A stretch of 60,400 nt of DNA, filler included, from Rhabdomonas costata (GCA_019059605.1; 12 parts of 12 records of this genome joined end to end with filler, not necessarily neighbours in it); one strand, 5' to 3'; positions 10,600 through 23,390 are shown, counted from the first letter of the whole stretch. Translations and numbers: made by a program. Notes: generated by a model not told the origin, from the letters alone.

Positions 10600-13500
10600 A
10601 TGCCGCTGGTCACCGTCCGGCACTGCCAGAGCGCGCGGCAGGACATCCAGCTCTTCTACGACACCTTCGGAGACCCCGGTATGGGGCAGCCCCTGCTGCT
10701 GGTGATGGGGCTTGGGGGACAGATGATCCTTTGGCGGACGGAGTTCTGCGAGAGGTTGGCGGAGGAGGGCTTCTTTGTGATCCGGTTTGACAACCGAGAC
10801 GTGGGGTATGTGTGCGCGCTTCGCCTTCATTCCTCACTCTGCCTCGCTTTTTGTGCGTATGAACGTTTCCGAGGTGGTGTTCTCTTTGGATTATATTAGT
10901 TGTTGTTTCTCCCTTTCCCACTGCATTGTAGTTGCAAGAATGAAAAGTTCTGTGAACGCGGTACTTCTTCTATGTACGCCAACGTTCTAAACCGGCAAGA
11001 TGCGTGTTCCATGATCTGCGTGTGCCTTTTTCGGTCGCCTCTGTTTCCCCCCCCTTAGGCTCAGCAGCCATTTGGACCACCTCGGGAGCGAGAACCTCAC
11101 CGCCGTGTTCTTCGGTATGGTTCTTGGGGACTCCGCTCCTCCGTACACCGTGTACGACATGGCTCTGGACGCGGTTGCACTTCTGGACCACCTTGGCCTG
11201 CCGCAGGCCCATCTGTGCGGGTTCAGCATGGGGGGGCTGATTGTGCAGCAGATGGCGGTGAGCTTTCCGGAGCGTGTGCTGTCACTGACGACGATGTCCT
11301 CGCCGGCGGGTCTGAGCAGTAGCTCTCTTCGAGGAACGATAGCTGTGATGCAGCTGAGCTCGCAGGATCCTGAGGAGAACATGAAGCGTACGGTAAAGCT
11401 GGTGAAGACCGTGTCCTCTCCGAAGTACTTTAATGAGCAGCAGTACGTACCACCCGCCACTCGTGTATAGATGTATGAACGACGTGGGGCAACGCGCATG
11501 TTAACGCCTGCTCTTTTGCATCTAAGTGCGGTACGGTGGTGGTGGAGTTGGAACGCTTCCAATGGTATGCCCTTTCCATGCCGAGAGAAGGCACTTGCGC
11601 CCCCACCCCCCACCCCCGCTTCGCGTGGCACCGTTTGAATGCACGTACTGAATTCTGTGACTCCGAACCAACGCTGACTCTTTTGGTTCCAGGGGATTTG
11701 CTGGCCCACTCTCCCCTTCTGAAAAATTTTCCCGGCACCGCATGATGCATGATGTCAGCATTGATAGATGCGGTGTAGGGCTACGCCTCGTTGTGGCTGG
11801 CGGCATCAGTTTTTCCGCTCGGGTTTCTGACGTTTTACGCACTGCGCAATGTGTCTAGGTATGGTTTGAGGGTTACTGTTGAGGTGGCTACTATTGAGCT
11901 CGGAAATGACCAAGACTCCTGGCGATTGCAGCCCTGTGCCAAGAGGAATCCTGCGTATGGTCGGAAATCTGTGGCTGAATTTCACGTTTTTGTATCGTCG
12001 CATAGAAGCGTATGGGAGGGTGATTCGTATTTGCTCTTTGGTGACGCCCCCCCCTCCCACCTCTGGAAACTATTTTTTATCGCCAGATGGTACACTCGCC
12101 ACTCTTTACCGTACCGTACCGTACAGTTCTTTCTCTCATCGCTTTCCTGGTGGTTCTACCAGGTGAGCCTTTCTAGCCTCTTCAGCCGACCTCCGGAACC
12201 TCACCAATCGTCGGGGGCCTAATCGGAAATGGGGGTGGAGGTGTAGGACCACTTATTTCGGCCCCAAAACCTCACCGTATTCGCTGGGTGACATCCGCCA
12301 TGGTCACTCCCGGACCGGAGACCTAACATTGACCTCAGAACTCGAGTTAGAGTGACGGGTTGGGACTCCTATTTGGTGGGATGGTAGTACCCCTGAGATG
12401 AGTCGGATGGCAGCTTCCCGGCCTCGGACTCCTTCTCAATGCCGCGATATGACCCCTTCAAGGTCCCATTTTGGCCCTTTTGAAGGCATTTTCGATTTCG
12501 AAAATTTTCTAGGGCTGGGTTGCACTTTTTGGACTTTGCAGGTCTGCATACTGAGCATTTTCGGACCATTTGGCAAGAGTAGAGTCCAGGAGTACTTCAT
12601 GCTGGCCCCGGACACCATTTTTTTTTTGGTGTTTTCAAGCCCCTCTTTGCCTTTATACAGGCTTGGAAGGACTGTGTTTTTTAAAGCTTGCTTTACCTCG
12701 GGCTTGATTTTTTGATAAGACGAAGAACTGTAGGCTTGTACACCGTCCGCCCACCTGCAAGTCGATGTGCCTCCCGACCCCTGCTTTTTATGAGGTGTGA
12801 TCCATATTGACCGATGTGCGTCGAGATGAGAGCAAGAAAGGGATGGAGTTGCCTAGCCGAGTCGTGTGGTAGGCATGTGTTGTCTGCATAGTGTCCTCTT
12901 CCTTATGATGGGCAACTCCAATTTGTTGTGTTGTGTACACTTTGGGCATCATATTCCATTGCTTTCAAGCACTTTGCCTCCTGGAGTCTGTTTTTGGAAT
13001 CTCCGAAACATTGAATCGAATCAACGAGTCTCCGCATTCCTCAAGACGAAACAAAGGGGCTTCAGCTGATGATGGGCAGGCGGCTGCGGCATCCGCCTTT
13101 TTTTTTTTGCCGTTATTTAGATGTGCAGCCTCTATTCGAGAGTGCTCCGCTCGCTCCCGCTACATGGGAGGGGTGCCCCGCCAGCTCTCCGCCATCTTGG
13201 CCACCGACCATGGGATCCCGAATGTCCACACCGTGCGGGCCCCGACAATGGTCTTCCACGGGGTGCTGGATCCCATCGTCCCCCCGGAGTCGGGAGAAAT
13301 CCTGGCCAGCGCCATCTCCGGGGCACAGCTGTTCATGCTGGAGGAGGTGGCCCACGATCTTCCCCCGCAGATCGATGAGATTCTGATCAGCGGGCTGAAG
13401 GAGAACGCCGGGATCGTGCACCAGCGCCTGCCTGAGCACCACGCTGGGTACGAGGCGGAGGGCCGCTCGGAGCACTACGACTATTACGGCCATGGGTATC

Positions 13501-13838
13501 CCCATGAGAGCGACACCCAACCCGACCAGTACTCCGCCGAAGAGGACTCTGACCAGTATTCGGATAACTCCTCCTTCTATGCCGATTCCCCTCGGTTTTC
13601 AGAGGAAGTGTACTCGTTTCCCAGCCCCCCTGAGCATTTCGATGCCCACACCCACCACTCCGCAAGCACGGATGCTTCATCTCAGGGCCACTGGGAGCCC
13701 CCGTTTGCCCCTGTCCCCTCGCTGGGCGACCAGGGCTTTTCTATTGCGACGGCTGGTTCGTATTCCATGTGGAGTGAGACCGTGTCCTCCGGGAGCCCTT
13801 ACTTTGCTGAGGACGCTCGGAGGGTCATCTCCGTGTGA
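10600..13838 (+). CDS. Alpha/beta-fold hydrolase (about 435 aa) with an acidic, Ser/Tyr-rich C-terminal tail. Exons 10600-10805, 11059-11442, 13121-13838
   Basis: Motifs LLVMGLGGQ, RFDNRDVGLS, nucleophile GFSMGG, HGVLDPIVP and EEVAHDLP. Both GT-AG introns are in consistent phase. Confidence 0.9.
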
Positions 13839-15170
13839 TCGAGCAGCCATGCGACGGCCTTGCTGGTCGTGTATCAATCGAGTCCGAAGCGATTGCCTTT
13901 TGGTTGGGAAAGCGCGTGTGGTTTGGTTGTGGGGTATGCGGTTTTGTATTTTCTGTGCTCTTACATGGAGAGGGAGAGGGAGAAGTTGGTTCTGGGCGGG
14001 AGAGAGGGCGTGCCGGCTGAACCGGTTGACGAATGTTGAATGGCTGCTGTTTTCACAACACACCAGCCTTGCTACGTCCTCGTCGCCTCCAGCCGTGCCT
14101 TGCATCCAGCTCAGTTTAACCTGCACCTCCTCGAGCGAGGCCTGTTGCGCTTTTGCTGCCACTAGCCTTTTCTCGCTACGAGGGTAAATTTCTGGATTTT
14201 GTCCATCCTTTGATGCTGGCGCAGATACACTCGTTGAGCTGCTTCCGTGCTTTGCGTTTTAGGTTTTCTTTCCCTCTTTTTCTTTTCCTTTTCCCTTTTT
14301 GCGTAACGATCGGATTTCGTATTTTACGAGTTTCCGATCATGTCTTTTTTTAGGTCAGTTCTCTCAGGCGTTTTTTGTGTGGTATTTCTTTTGTTCCTTC
14401 ACGGGACGAAAATGATTGTGTGTGACCAGGTGTACGTCAGCAAGCTCTTTCCGGGGTTCGGTGGGGAATACTGCACGAGCTTGATTCAGGAATTCGCGTC
14501 GGTGTGGGGGACTGCGGCTCTTCTATGGACGTTGCGCGGTTGACGTAGCCAGACACTGGGGTGTGGTTTCGGGAGGGGTTAGTGTGCTTCCCGTTGATGG
14601 TGGTCCGCATCGCGGTGACTGTAGCAAGCTCCAATGCCCTGACCATGGAATGCTGGCTCATTTTTGTATCGATTTGGTGGTGAGGGTGTGGTCGCTACCG
14701 TGAGAGGACTTCCCAACCGACTAATGTCACATCAAACTTCAAAATTTTCCTCAATGCGATATTTATGGGAACAGGGAATGTTTTGTGCCCCGCGGCTTGT
14801 GCCGATCATCATCGGAGGTCACTTGGAGGTCACGCTCGTTGAGTCCCCGCTAAACACTGCACTACTGAAGGCAGTGATCGTGCACCGCCATGTTCCCGAT
14901 CTGTGGACTCTGAATCATCGTTGGGAGCGAAAACGCAGCTTTTGGCGTCGTGCACTGCAGTATACACTTCGCCTCTTCACCTTCCTCAGGTGTCTTTTTG
15001 TGTTTTTCTACCGGACGGTGACCATTTTCCTTTGAGAAAACACGTTCACAAGGCCTAAACCAACCCCACCNNNNNNNNNNNNNNNNNNNNNNNNNNNNNN
15101 NNNNNNNNNNNNNNTTAATTAATTAANNNNNNNNNNNNNNNNNNNNNNNNNNNNNNNNNNNNNNNNNNNN

Positions 15171-15389
15171 GAAAACTTTGGCACGGCACATCACTCTCCC
15201 ACGTTGCACACCCAAACCATTAAAAAAACACGAATGACAACAGGGTTTGCCGTTCCTGCCACAATATTTCCAGCGCCAGATCGGACTGGCGCTGGAAAAC
15301 TTTGGCACGGCACATCACTCTCCCACGTTGCACACCCAAACCATTAAAAAAACACGAATGACAACAGGGTTTGCCGTTCCTGCCACAAT
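15171..15389. repeat. Tandem direct repeat of 124-bp period (95 bp duplicated) with a 13-bp inverted repeat at the junction
   Basis: 15171-15265 recurs at 15295-15389. TTTCCAGCGCCAG (15267-15279) is complementary to CTGGCGCTGGAAA (15286-15298). Confidence 0.9.
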
Positions 15390-15523
15390 TTTTGGTTGCG
15401 AAAAGGACAAAGGCTATATGTGATGGACAGCAGAAGCTGGCAGGCTCAAGGAAGCCTTTGCCTATATAAAAATCCTACAAAGACAAACATTGGTCAGCAC
15501 CCTCCACACAGCAGTCCTCCGCT

Positions 15524-18500
15524 TTAGGACGAGACCCTCTGCTTGAAAAGCTCCACCTGGGCCTTGATGCGAGGAGGCAGGCGGGAGCCAAAGGCGTTGA
15601 AGTGCTTCTCCAGGTCGGGAATCTCCCTCGACCAGGCCGCCTTGTCCACCTGCGGGCGGTTGTATAGGCTGGGTGTCCATGCCCGGTGTTGGTTAATTGC
15701 CCTCAAAATTAAGCACGTGCGAGATGGTCTGATGACTGAAGGCGAATAGGGAGCCAATCGGAGAGACGCCGTTTTCTTGCGCAGCAATGGCCTCCGGGGG
15801 AGAGGGGGGGGGTGGCACTCCGCCTGATCACCACCCTTGGGATCCTCATGCAGAACCCGCAGAAAAATCAACCAAACTTCAAACACAACGCGCGGTACCG
15901 TCAGCAGATCCTTCAGGTTCTGGGGGTCGATGGTCAGGCCGTCCAGGTCCAGCTCACCCGGGGCGGGCACCACGCCAATGGCGCTCATCTGGCCTTCGCA
16001 TTTGTTGTCGTAGCGGCTGCACATCCACTTCAGCACGCGGCTGTTCTCGCCATACCCTGTGACCAAACCCACAGGGCTTCAGTAAAGCCGGACAAAAACG
16101 ACGAAAAAGGCAGACTCACCACAGAAATTCAGGCTCGAACAGCGCACGCTGGCACGCTGGCACGCAAGCACGTTTGCATACACTCAGCTGGGTGTGAAGG
16201 GAGAACACTGGAACGGACCCTGTCAGGCACCAAGTTCGAGGTCGACGTACGTACGCACGTACGCACACACACACACACCGGGCCACATGAATTTGCCAGC
16301 GGCGTTCTTGCGGAACCAGTTCACGTAGAAGATGCGGGGCGCCTTGTAGCCCACCTTGTCCCCCATGTTCAGCCAGTGCTGCCAGTAGTCTCCCATGTTG
16401 TACCCGCAGAACGGCTTCATCGCCATGGGGTCACGGCGGAGGTCACCCACGGCCCCGATGTTCGCCGCCGTGGTCTCGGAGGAGGCCTGGGCCCCCAGGA
16501 ACACCCCGTGGTCCCATCCGAAGGCCTCGAAGACCAGCGGGCAGGTCGTCGCGCGGCGCCCTCCAAAGACAATGATGTTCACGGGCACCCCGGCGGGGTT
16601 CTCCCAGTCGGCGCAGATGATCGGGCACTGGCGGGCAGGCGCGGTGAAGCGGGCGTTGGGGTGCGCCCCAGGGGTGCCCTTCTCCGGGGTCCAGTCCTGA
16701 CCCTTCCAGTCGATCCCGTGCTTGCACTCCGTGCCCATACCCTGCAAAACCGTAGAGCCACACCACTCCACCTCACTATTCAACAAAGCCAACCTCACCA
16801 GGAGAAGAAGGAGCGAGCGAGGGAGAAGGCTCCCCAACCCCTACACACGGAAACCCCTGAAATGCCGAAAAAAGCATGGCCACCTCTGTGTTCGTTCAAT
16901 TTGAAAAAAGGCAAAATGCGCAGGCTTCTGTAACCTCCTCCCTCCTCTGCCCTCGTGTTCGTGTTTCTCACTTCCGCACGCGTTGGAGTGGAAACTCGAA
17001 GGGCAGCCAGCACAAAAAGAAAAGAAAAGAAAAGCGGGAATTATCCATTCCACGAGTTCGAGTGGGGTTGGAGGCAACTAACCTCCCACCACACGTCACC
17101 GTCGTCCGTCAGCACGCAGTTGGTGAAGATGACGTTCTCCTTCAGGCACTCCATGGCCTAAGACGACAGCCATGCAGAGAGGGAGCAGCACCAAGAGCGG
17201 GAAACCTCTACACCTCTCATCAACCTGTACAGTACTCCCCGGGGAGGCCCGCATCCTTCGCTCTTGCATTCCCTCATTGACCCCAAAGGGCATCTCATGG
17301 GCTTGGATTGACAGAAGAAAGGCTTTGGCCGAACGAAAGAAAAAGGAAAAAGCACAACCACAGCCAGCCCATACCATGGGGTTGCTCTGGTAGCTGGTCC
17401 CTGGGGCCACTCCGAAGAATCCAGCCTCCGGGTTCAGGGCGTGCAGGTAGCCGTCAGGGCCAATCTTCATCCAGTTAATGTCGTCGCCGAGAGTCTCCAC
17501 CTGCGGGTGGGACAGGAAGTGGTATGGAGTGACTGTGTGTCTAAGCGAACTACGTTTCTCTTCACACAAAGGGGCATGGAAACAACAAAACAGGGAATCA
17601 GCACCAACAGCAGCTAAGCTTAGGAGGTGCNNNNNNNNNNNNNNNNNNNNNNNNNNNNNNNNNNNNNNNNNNNNNNNNNNNNNNNNNNNNNNNNNNNNNN
17701 NNNNNNNNNNNNNNNNNNNNNNNNNNNNNNNNNNNNNNNNNNNNNNNNNNNNNNNNNNNNNNNNNNNNNNNNNNNNNNNNNNNNNNNNNNNNNNNNNNNN
17801 NNNNNNNNNNNNNNNNNNNNNNNNNNNNNNNNNNNNNNNNNNNNNNNNNNNNNNNNNNNNNNNTTTGCATGGAAACGCCAGACACACGGCCCCAGGGGCC
17901 ACACACACATACACACAAAACGCACACAGCGCACCTTCCAACCCTTGATGGTGGGCTGCAGCATGGCCAGGTTGGTCTTCCCGCAGGCCGAGGGGAAGGC
18001 CGCGCAGAGGTGGTAGCGCCTGCCCTCTGCGGCGCGTGTACAGGAAACCGTGCAGCGTGCAACACCACTGGAGTGCCGGCCAAACCAATGCACACAAGCG
18101 AAGGTTTTGCAAGGGCTTGGGATGCAAGGCCCGCAGTGTGCGGGAAGCTGAAACTGCCCTGCCACACCCTCCACGCCGCATACCCGGAGAGGTCAGCCGC
18201 ATGATCAGCATGTGCTCCGCCATCCAATCGCCCTCCCGGCGGGCCATGTTGGAGGCAATGCGCAGCGCAAAGCACTTCTTCCCCAGCAGCGCATTCCCAC
18301 CATACCTGCGGGAAAATCACACGTACAACCCCTCTGAGGGCAGTGGGGAAACCGATGTGCCGGAAAATACCCCACACCAGCCCGCCCCACCCCAAACCAC
18401 GCACCTATAGCAGCCGCCTTTCCAGGACGAGGGAGGGAGGGACGTGCACACCCAGAGCCGTACGACCAGATCAGGTCCTCCTCGGGGAAGTGGGCAATGT

Positions 18501-19318
18501 ACTTCTTCTCGATGGGGGCGCAGGGCCACTTCGAGTCAGCCTGGCCCGGTGCCAGGGGGGCCCCAATGGAGTGCAGGCAGGGAATGAACTTCCCGTCCGT
18601 GCCCAGGTGCTCCAGCACCTTCGTCCCGACTCGGGTCATGATGTGCATGTTCATCACGACGTACGGCGAGTCCGTCACCTGGCATCACCACCCCCACCCA
18701 CCTCAGAAAAAGCACCACAACTCCGCCAAATGTGGGTAATGTGCCGAGAAAGAAGGGAAAATGAGCGGGTGTGGCGAAGCACACACCTGGATGCCAATCT
18801 TGGAGATGGGAGAGCCCACGGGGCCCATGCTGAAGGGGATCACGTACATCGTGCGGCCCTTCATGCACCCTGCGTACAGCCCCCTCATCGTCTTCTTTAG
18901 CTCCTCAGGGTCGACCCTGCGAACCACACACATCCCCACAGGTACTTGTGTGAAATCGTTGCTGGCACCAGGACGCACGCGTCCCACCTGTAGCAACGGG
19001 AAAAGCAAAAACGCGCCGCACACGCGCACAGCGATAGAGAGAGAAGCCACACCAGTTGTTGGTTGGCCCGGCATCGTCCTTGTGCTTGGAGGAGATGTAC
19101 GTGCGGTCCTCCACGCGGGCCACGTCGCTGGGGTCGCTGCGGAAGTGCAGGCAGTTCGGGCGCTTCTTGATCGGGATCGCGCTGCCGTTCTTCAGCATGA
19201 TGTCAGACATCTTGTCGTACTCCGCCTTGGAGCCGTCGCACCAAACGACGGCGTCGGGCTGCATCAACGCCTGGGCTTCCTTGACCAAGTCCAGGGCCTT
19301 CTGATTCTTGCAGGCCAT
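15524..19318 (-). CDS. PCK: Phosphoenolpyruvate carboxykinase (GTP), complete, 594 aa. Exons 19053-19318, 18787-18916, 18452-18678, 18184-18305, 17935-18026, 17375-17500, 17083-17157, 16279-16741, 15899-16056, 15524-15649
   Basis: Signatures [60 protein letters not shown] and [11 protein letters not shown]. All nine introns are GT-AG and in frame. The N gap 17631-17862 lies inside intron 5. Confidence 0.97.
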
Positions 19319-20034
19319 TTTGAGTGCGTTCAGGCGAAGACAAAAGGATGACCTGAACGGGAAAGGGGGCCCACGGGTGTGGCAGAGAAATCTTACGGAA
19401 AGAAAAAGAAGAAAGTCCTAACCTGCCCCGTTTGAGGGTGCCAATGTGGTCTCCAACTTCAAAACTCGGGAGCGCTTACCTGACCTGGGGGCGAAACGCG
19501 CTGGTTGTTGCCTAAATGGGTGTTGACTTGAATCCCCTGTCGCGCAGTTGGCCACTGCTGGCGCTAGCGGAGAGGTAAAAGAAAAACCTAAACTTTGAGA
19601 GTATTCTGACAATGTTGATTTGGAGTTGTGTGTGGCCGACCGACGATGGAGGGGTAATAGCCCGACCGAATTGTAGCAGCTGAGGGGCTAACACTGCTTC
19701 AGTCGCCTTTTGAGACCTTCAGAAACTTCGAGTGAAGGAAATTGGGGGGAACTAAAATTTCAAACCTTTTCATTCATGCTTGACTTTCGCTTCGAAAGTC
19801 ACAGAGCAACTCAAAAAAAAAAGTACAATGTCTGGTGATACTTCACATTCTGGCTGGAGGTCTTTAAGGGAAGAGCGAAGGTAAAGGTACATTTGGGAAC
19901 ATAGTGCTCCCGAAAGGAACAAAAAATCGATGAAACAGGGAAAGAGTGGCTTTTCAGTCACTAGGTTGAAGGTAAAAGAAGCTGAATCTGCCAATTCACC
20001 AAAAAGCGCAGTCCCCAAACGTACAGACAGACAC

Positions 20035-20192
20035 CTTAAGCAACTCGCCCAGAGCCTCCTCCGTAACTGACAAGCCAGAAAGGTCCAGATCACCAGGAGC
20101 CGGAAGCATTCCAATCGCAGACTCCACTCCAGTGACCTTCCCGTCATACCGGTCACACATCCACTTCAGTACGCGGCTATTATCGCCGAAAC
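20035..20192 (-). pseudogene. PCK: Penultimate exon of a second, tandem PEPCK paralog, possibly pseudogenised (not in the ORF track)
   Basis: A CAG|..|GT-bounded 158-nt exon encodes [53 protein letters not shown], with the same length and phase as exon 15899-16056. Only a stop-containing match to the last exon (VSKGD*SS..QFG, about 19716-19640) is visible. PEPCK homology is firm; pseudogene status is not. Confidence 0.75.
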
Positions 20193-20511
20193 CTGTAATA
20201 AAAAAAAAANNNNNNNNNNNNNNNNNNNNNNNNNNNNNNNNNNNNNNNNNNNNTTAATTAATTAANNNNNNNNNNNNNNNNNNNNNNNNNNNNNNNNNNN
20301 NNNNNNNNNTGGTTGTTTTAGTTGTTTCAGTGCCCAAATGACCAACAGACAACACCTTTTCGTGCGCCCTCACCATAATGGTGAGGCATGTTTTTCCTGA
20401 ATCCAGTTGCTTGCTTAAGAGGAACAAGGTTTCCGTTTCGCTTGGGACGTAATTGTTCTGGGGGGGAGGGCACTATGGACAAACACAAGGGGTGAGCTAT
20501 TGCCCACACGT

Positions 20512-22062
20512 TCACTTTTTGAGAGATTGCAAGAAGGGGTTGTCCTGGACTTCCTCCCCAACCGTGGTGGGCTCGTTGTGGCCCGGAAAAACAGTGGTTT
20601 GCGCCGGGAGAGCCATCAACCGCCGGAGCGAGGCGACCATTGCGCGTTTGTCGCTGAGCGGGAAGTCGACTCTCCCGATCGAGCCCCTGAACAGCACGTC
20701 TCCGGTAAAGGCCAGGTTGTGCTGGGGGCACCACAGGGTGACGCTTCCCGGGGTGTGACCCGGGGTGTGCAGCACAGTCAGCTGGAGCTGCCCCACTTCC
20801 ACAACGTTGCCTTCCCTGAGCTCAACGTCGGGCTCTGGGCGAGTGCGTTTTGGACTCAAGAAAGGCTTGGCACAACAAACTGCTACCATTGGGCACCCTG
20901 CCATATCAGCAGACTCTGGCCCGAGAAGATGTTTTTGGAGGAGGAGAAGAAGTTAAAGCTTGACAAAGGTGAGCATGCAGGGTCGCGGGTGCAATTTGGT
21001 TTATCCCAACAGACAATGAGGTTACCTTCATAAACACTCGTCTCGTACCACCGTTATTCAAGAGGATTGGAAATGGAATATTCAATCAGAAAATCAGACT
21101 AGCCAAAGGGGCACAGGTATTGGTGGCGATGGGTGCCAAGACAGAAAGAAGGCTGGCAGCACGAGCCTAAGCCATGAATGACACAAAAGGAGGGTGAACA
21201 AAACCATGCAGAAAACGGAAATTGCAGACCTTCGGGCTGTTCGCAGGTGAGTCCGAACATTTGGCTCTGGAGGGTGGCAGAATCGAACCAGACTCGGTCA
21301 TCGGGGTGCAAGTACACACGTGAACGTGGCAGCAACTCCTTCGTCACCCTCAGACCGCAGATGTGGTCGATGTGGGCATGAGTTTGCAGCAGATGGACGA
21401 TATCGAGCTTACGCACCCTGGCAGCTTCCAGCCAGCGCTGCGATTCGGTGTCCCCGCAGTCGACCAGGGCAGCTTCGCCTGTACAATGCAGGCAGCGGGG
21501 GTTAACACAACGTTGTAAACGGCCCGAAACACAACAAACGGTATTCACAACAAAATAGCTGTGGAATACACAGATTCTGGTCGGATCCCGTCAATCAACT
21601 ATATATGAATGAGAATATTGGCAAGTCGAGAACAGCTCGCAGTAAATGAAAAGTGCAGTACCTCGCAGTCAGGTGCATAGTATGCAATCGTCTAAAGAAT
21701 GCACGCATTCGTTTCATTCCGAATTCATGAATTATCTATCATGCATTTTATGCATTCACAGCATTTTGACATAAATGCTCTTGGGTGGTTAGGTTGAGTT
21801 GAGTTCGGTTTGGGTCGGCTCCCGCAAGCCTGAGCGAACAGAGGTATGACGAGGGGCTGGTATTATAGCCATTATACTATAATGAAATTATACTATAATC
21901 GGTATCATTTCCCCGACCCCTCAGAACGACAAAAAGGGGAATTCATAAAAACAGGTTTTGTGGTTTTATCCGTGGCATGCCTGTTCGCTTGCAACCCAGT
22001 AGGTACTGGTTCATCTGAAAAGCGTTCACTGCCGCCTTCATCACAACAAACTCAGGCGTTTC
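20512..22062 (-). CDS. Metallo-beta-lactamase-fold hydrolase (glyoxalase II/YcbL-like). Exons 21981-22062, 21230-21478, 20512-20834
   Basis: FQMNQYLLGCKRT|GEAALVDCG, metal motif THAHIDH, HTPGHTPGS, FTGDVLF and FPGHN..TTVGEE..NPF. The first intron is GC-AG. The start may be ATG 22041 or an unresolved upstream exon. Confidence 0.9.
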
Positions 22063-22539
22063 CTAATGAGCCGAAAAAAGAGGATGGAAAATGCGCAAAA
22101 AAACATGTCAAACAAAACATGGCAAACATTCAAAACAAAACCCAGCCAAAAAAGAAATCATCACTGAAGAGGTAATGTTTGCGTTCAGCCATCAATCCAC
22201 CAAATTTCCCTGATGCTGCTCCCGATTATTCGCCTCAAAACGTCCCCGCCTCAACCGTTCCCTCAAGTATTCCTTCAAGTAGTCCTTACTGTATACGTAA
22301 AAATTTCGGGTAAGGATTCTGTCTTCACACAGAAAGAACGAACTGACAGTGAACGAGAATGAAGAAGGAAAGAAGGAGCCCGCTTGACTCCAAGCCCTCC
22401 AACGCAGAGCGGGCAGAAGAAAAAACAATGAGCAGACAATGGGCTGTCGCGAGCCGGCAGCATGAATAACAACCATGAGGGGACGCTCTACGAACCTACC
22501 CAGTTACGGGCTTGAGCGCGAGGCTGTTGGTGTTCAGGG

Positions 22540-23390
22540 TTCAGGAGCGTTTAGGAGCGGACTGCCCAGGTCCCGTCATCACTCCGCAGTAGCGTCCGAG
22601 CCACCCCCTGAGCCACTGCACTGGAGAGGCGCCTCCACAGCCGCTAAGAGGAGACCACCAGCTCCACCCGATCCGCAGGCCTTGTTTTCTGGCCAGCTCC
22701 CTGATGGCCTTCCTGGCCTTGGGGCCCCATGCACCTGTGGTCTCTGCACCGATGGGGACGAACCTCATATGAAGCCTGCCGCACTCCCGCGCCGCGTCGG
22801 ACCTGAGCTTTTCCGTCTCGCGCTGGGCTGCCGCTGCGCCGGGATGACCTCCGCTGGGGAAGAGGTCTGGTGCAGAGTGTGCTCCACTGACTTATCAGTA
22901 TGCCGGGGAGCGGCTTCGCTGGGTTCCAACACAAGGACGTCGGAACCAGAGCCATCGGGAAGGGGAGGCTGGTCGGGATACCCGCGCGGTTGTACTCAGC
23001 ACGAGTGGCAAGCGTTGTGTCACTTCCGCCTGGGCCTTCCCTTTCCCTCCGGTTTTGCGGGGGATGTGGTGCTAGGCAGGACACCTTGGGGGGACCACCC
23101 CTTGCGCCTCGTACGGCACGTTTGCTCGCCATAACTTGTTCCTCGACGATTGGCCGCTGTTGCGTTCAGTGGGGAGACTACTTAACCAAGCGCCACTGTA
23201 GGCTATGGAACCAAGAAGTCGGAGACCTTCCATCCTATCAGAACGGTACCGGTCAAACCGTTTCGCCAGGGCTTCGTGCACTGCCGAGGACCACAGCTTC
23301 TACCCAAGACGAAATTCAATGATACGAAATTATTTTCTCGTCGTGCAATGCAACCGGTGGCGTTCAGCCAAGATCCCGTGCCTGAAGTCA
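22540..23390 (-). mobile_element. Degenerate 3' end of a non-LTR retrotransposon with a restriction-like endonuclease (CRE/SLACS-like)
   Basis: Frameshifted pieces SGAWLSSLP and FVPIGAETTGAWGPKARKAIRELA are typical of the CRE-clade C-terminus. No intact ORF. Confidence 0.7.

Noticed and set aside
11742..11830. Intronic box C/D snoRNA (ATGATG..CTGA)
   Set aside because: Box C is imperfect and there is no terminal stem or recognisable rRNA guide.
15812..16933. 373-aa plus-strand ORF and many other long antisense ORFs
   Set aside because: These are shadows of high-GC3 exons on the opposite strand (PEPCK here) and show no recognisable motifs.
17096..18404. Long ORFs containing X runs
   Set aside because: They are created by reading through the N gap at 17631-17862 or through linkers.
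19695..19716. TGA-as-Trp recoding suggested by the PEPCK paralog
   Set aside because: Intact genes here use TGG for Trp and several end in TGA, so the standard code applies.
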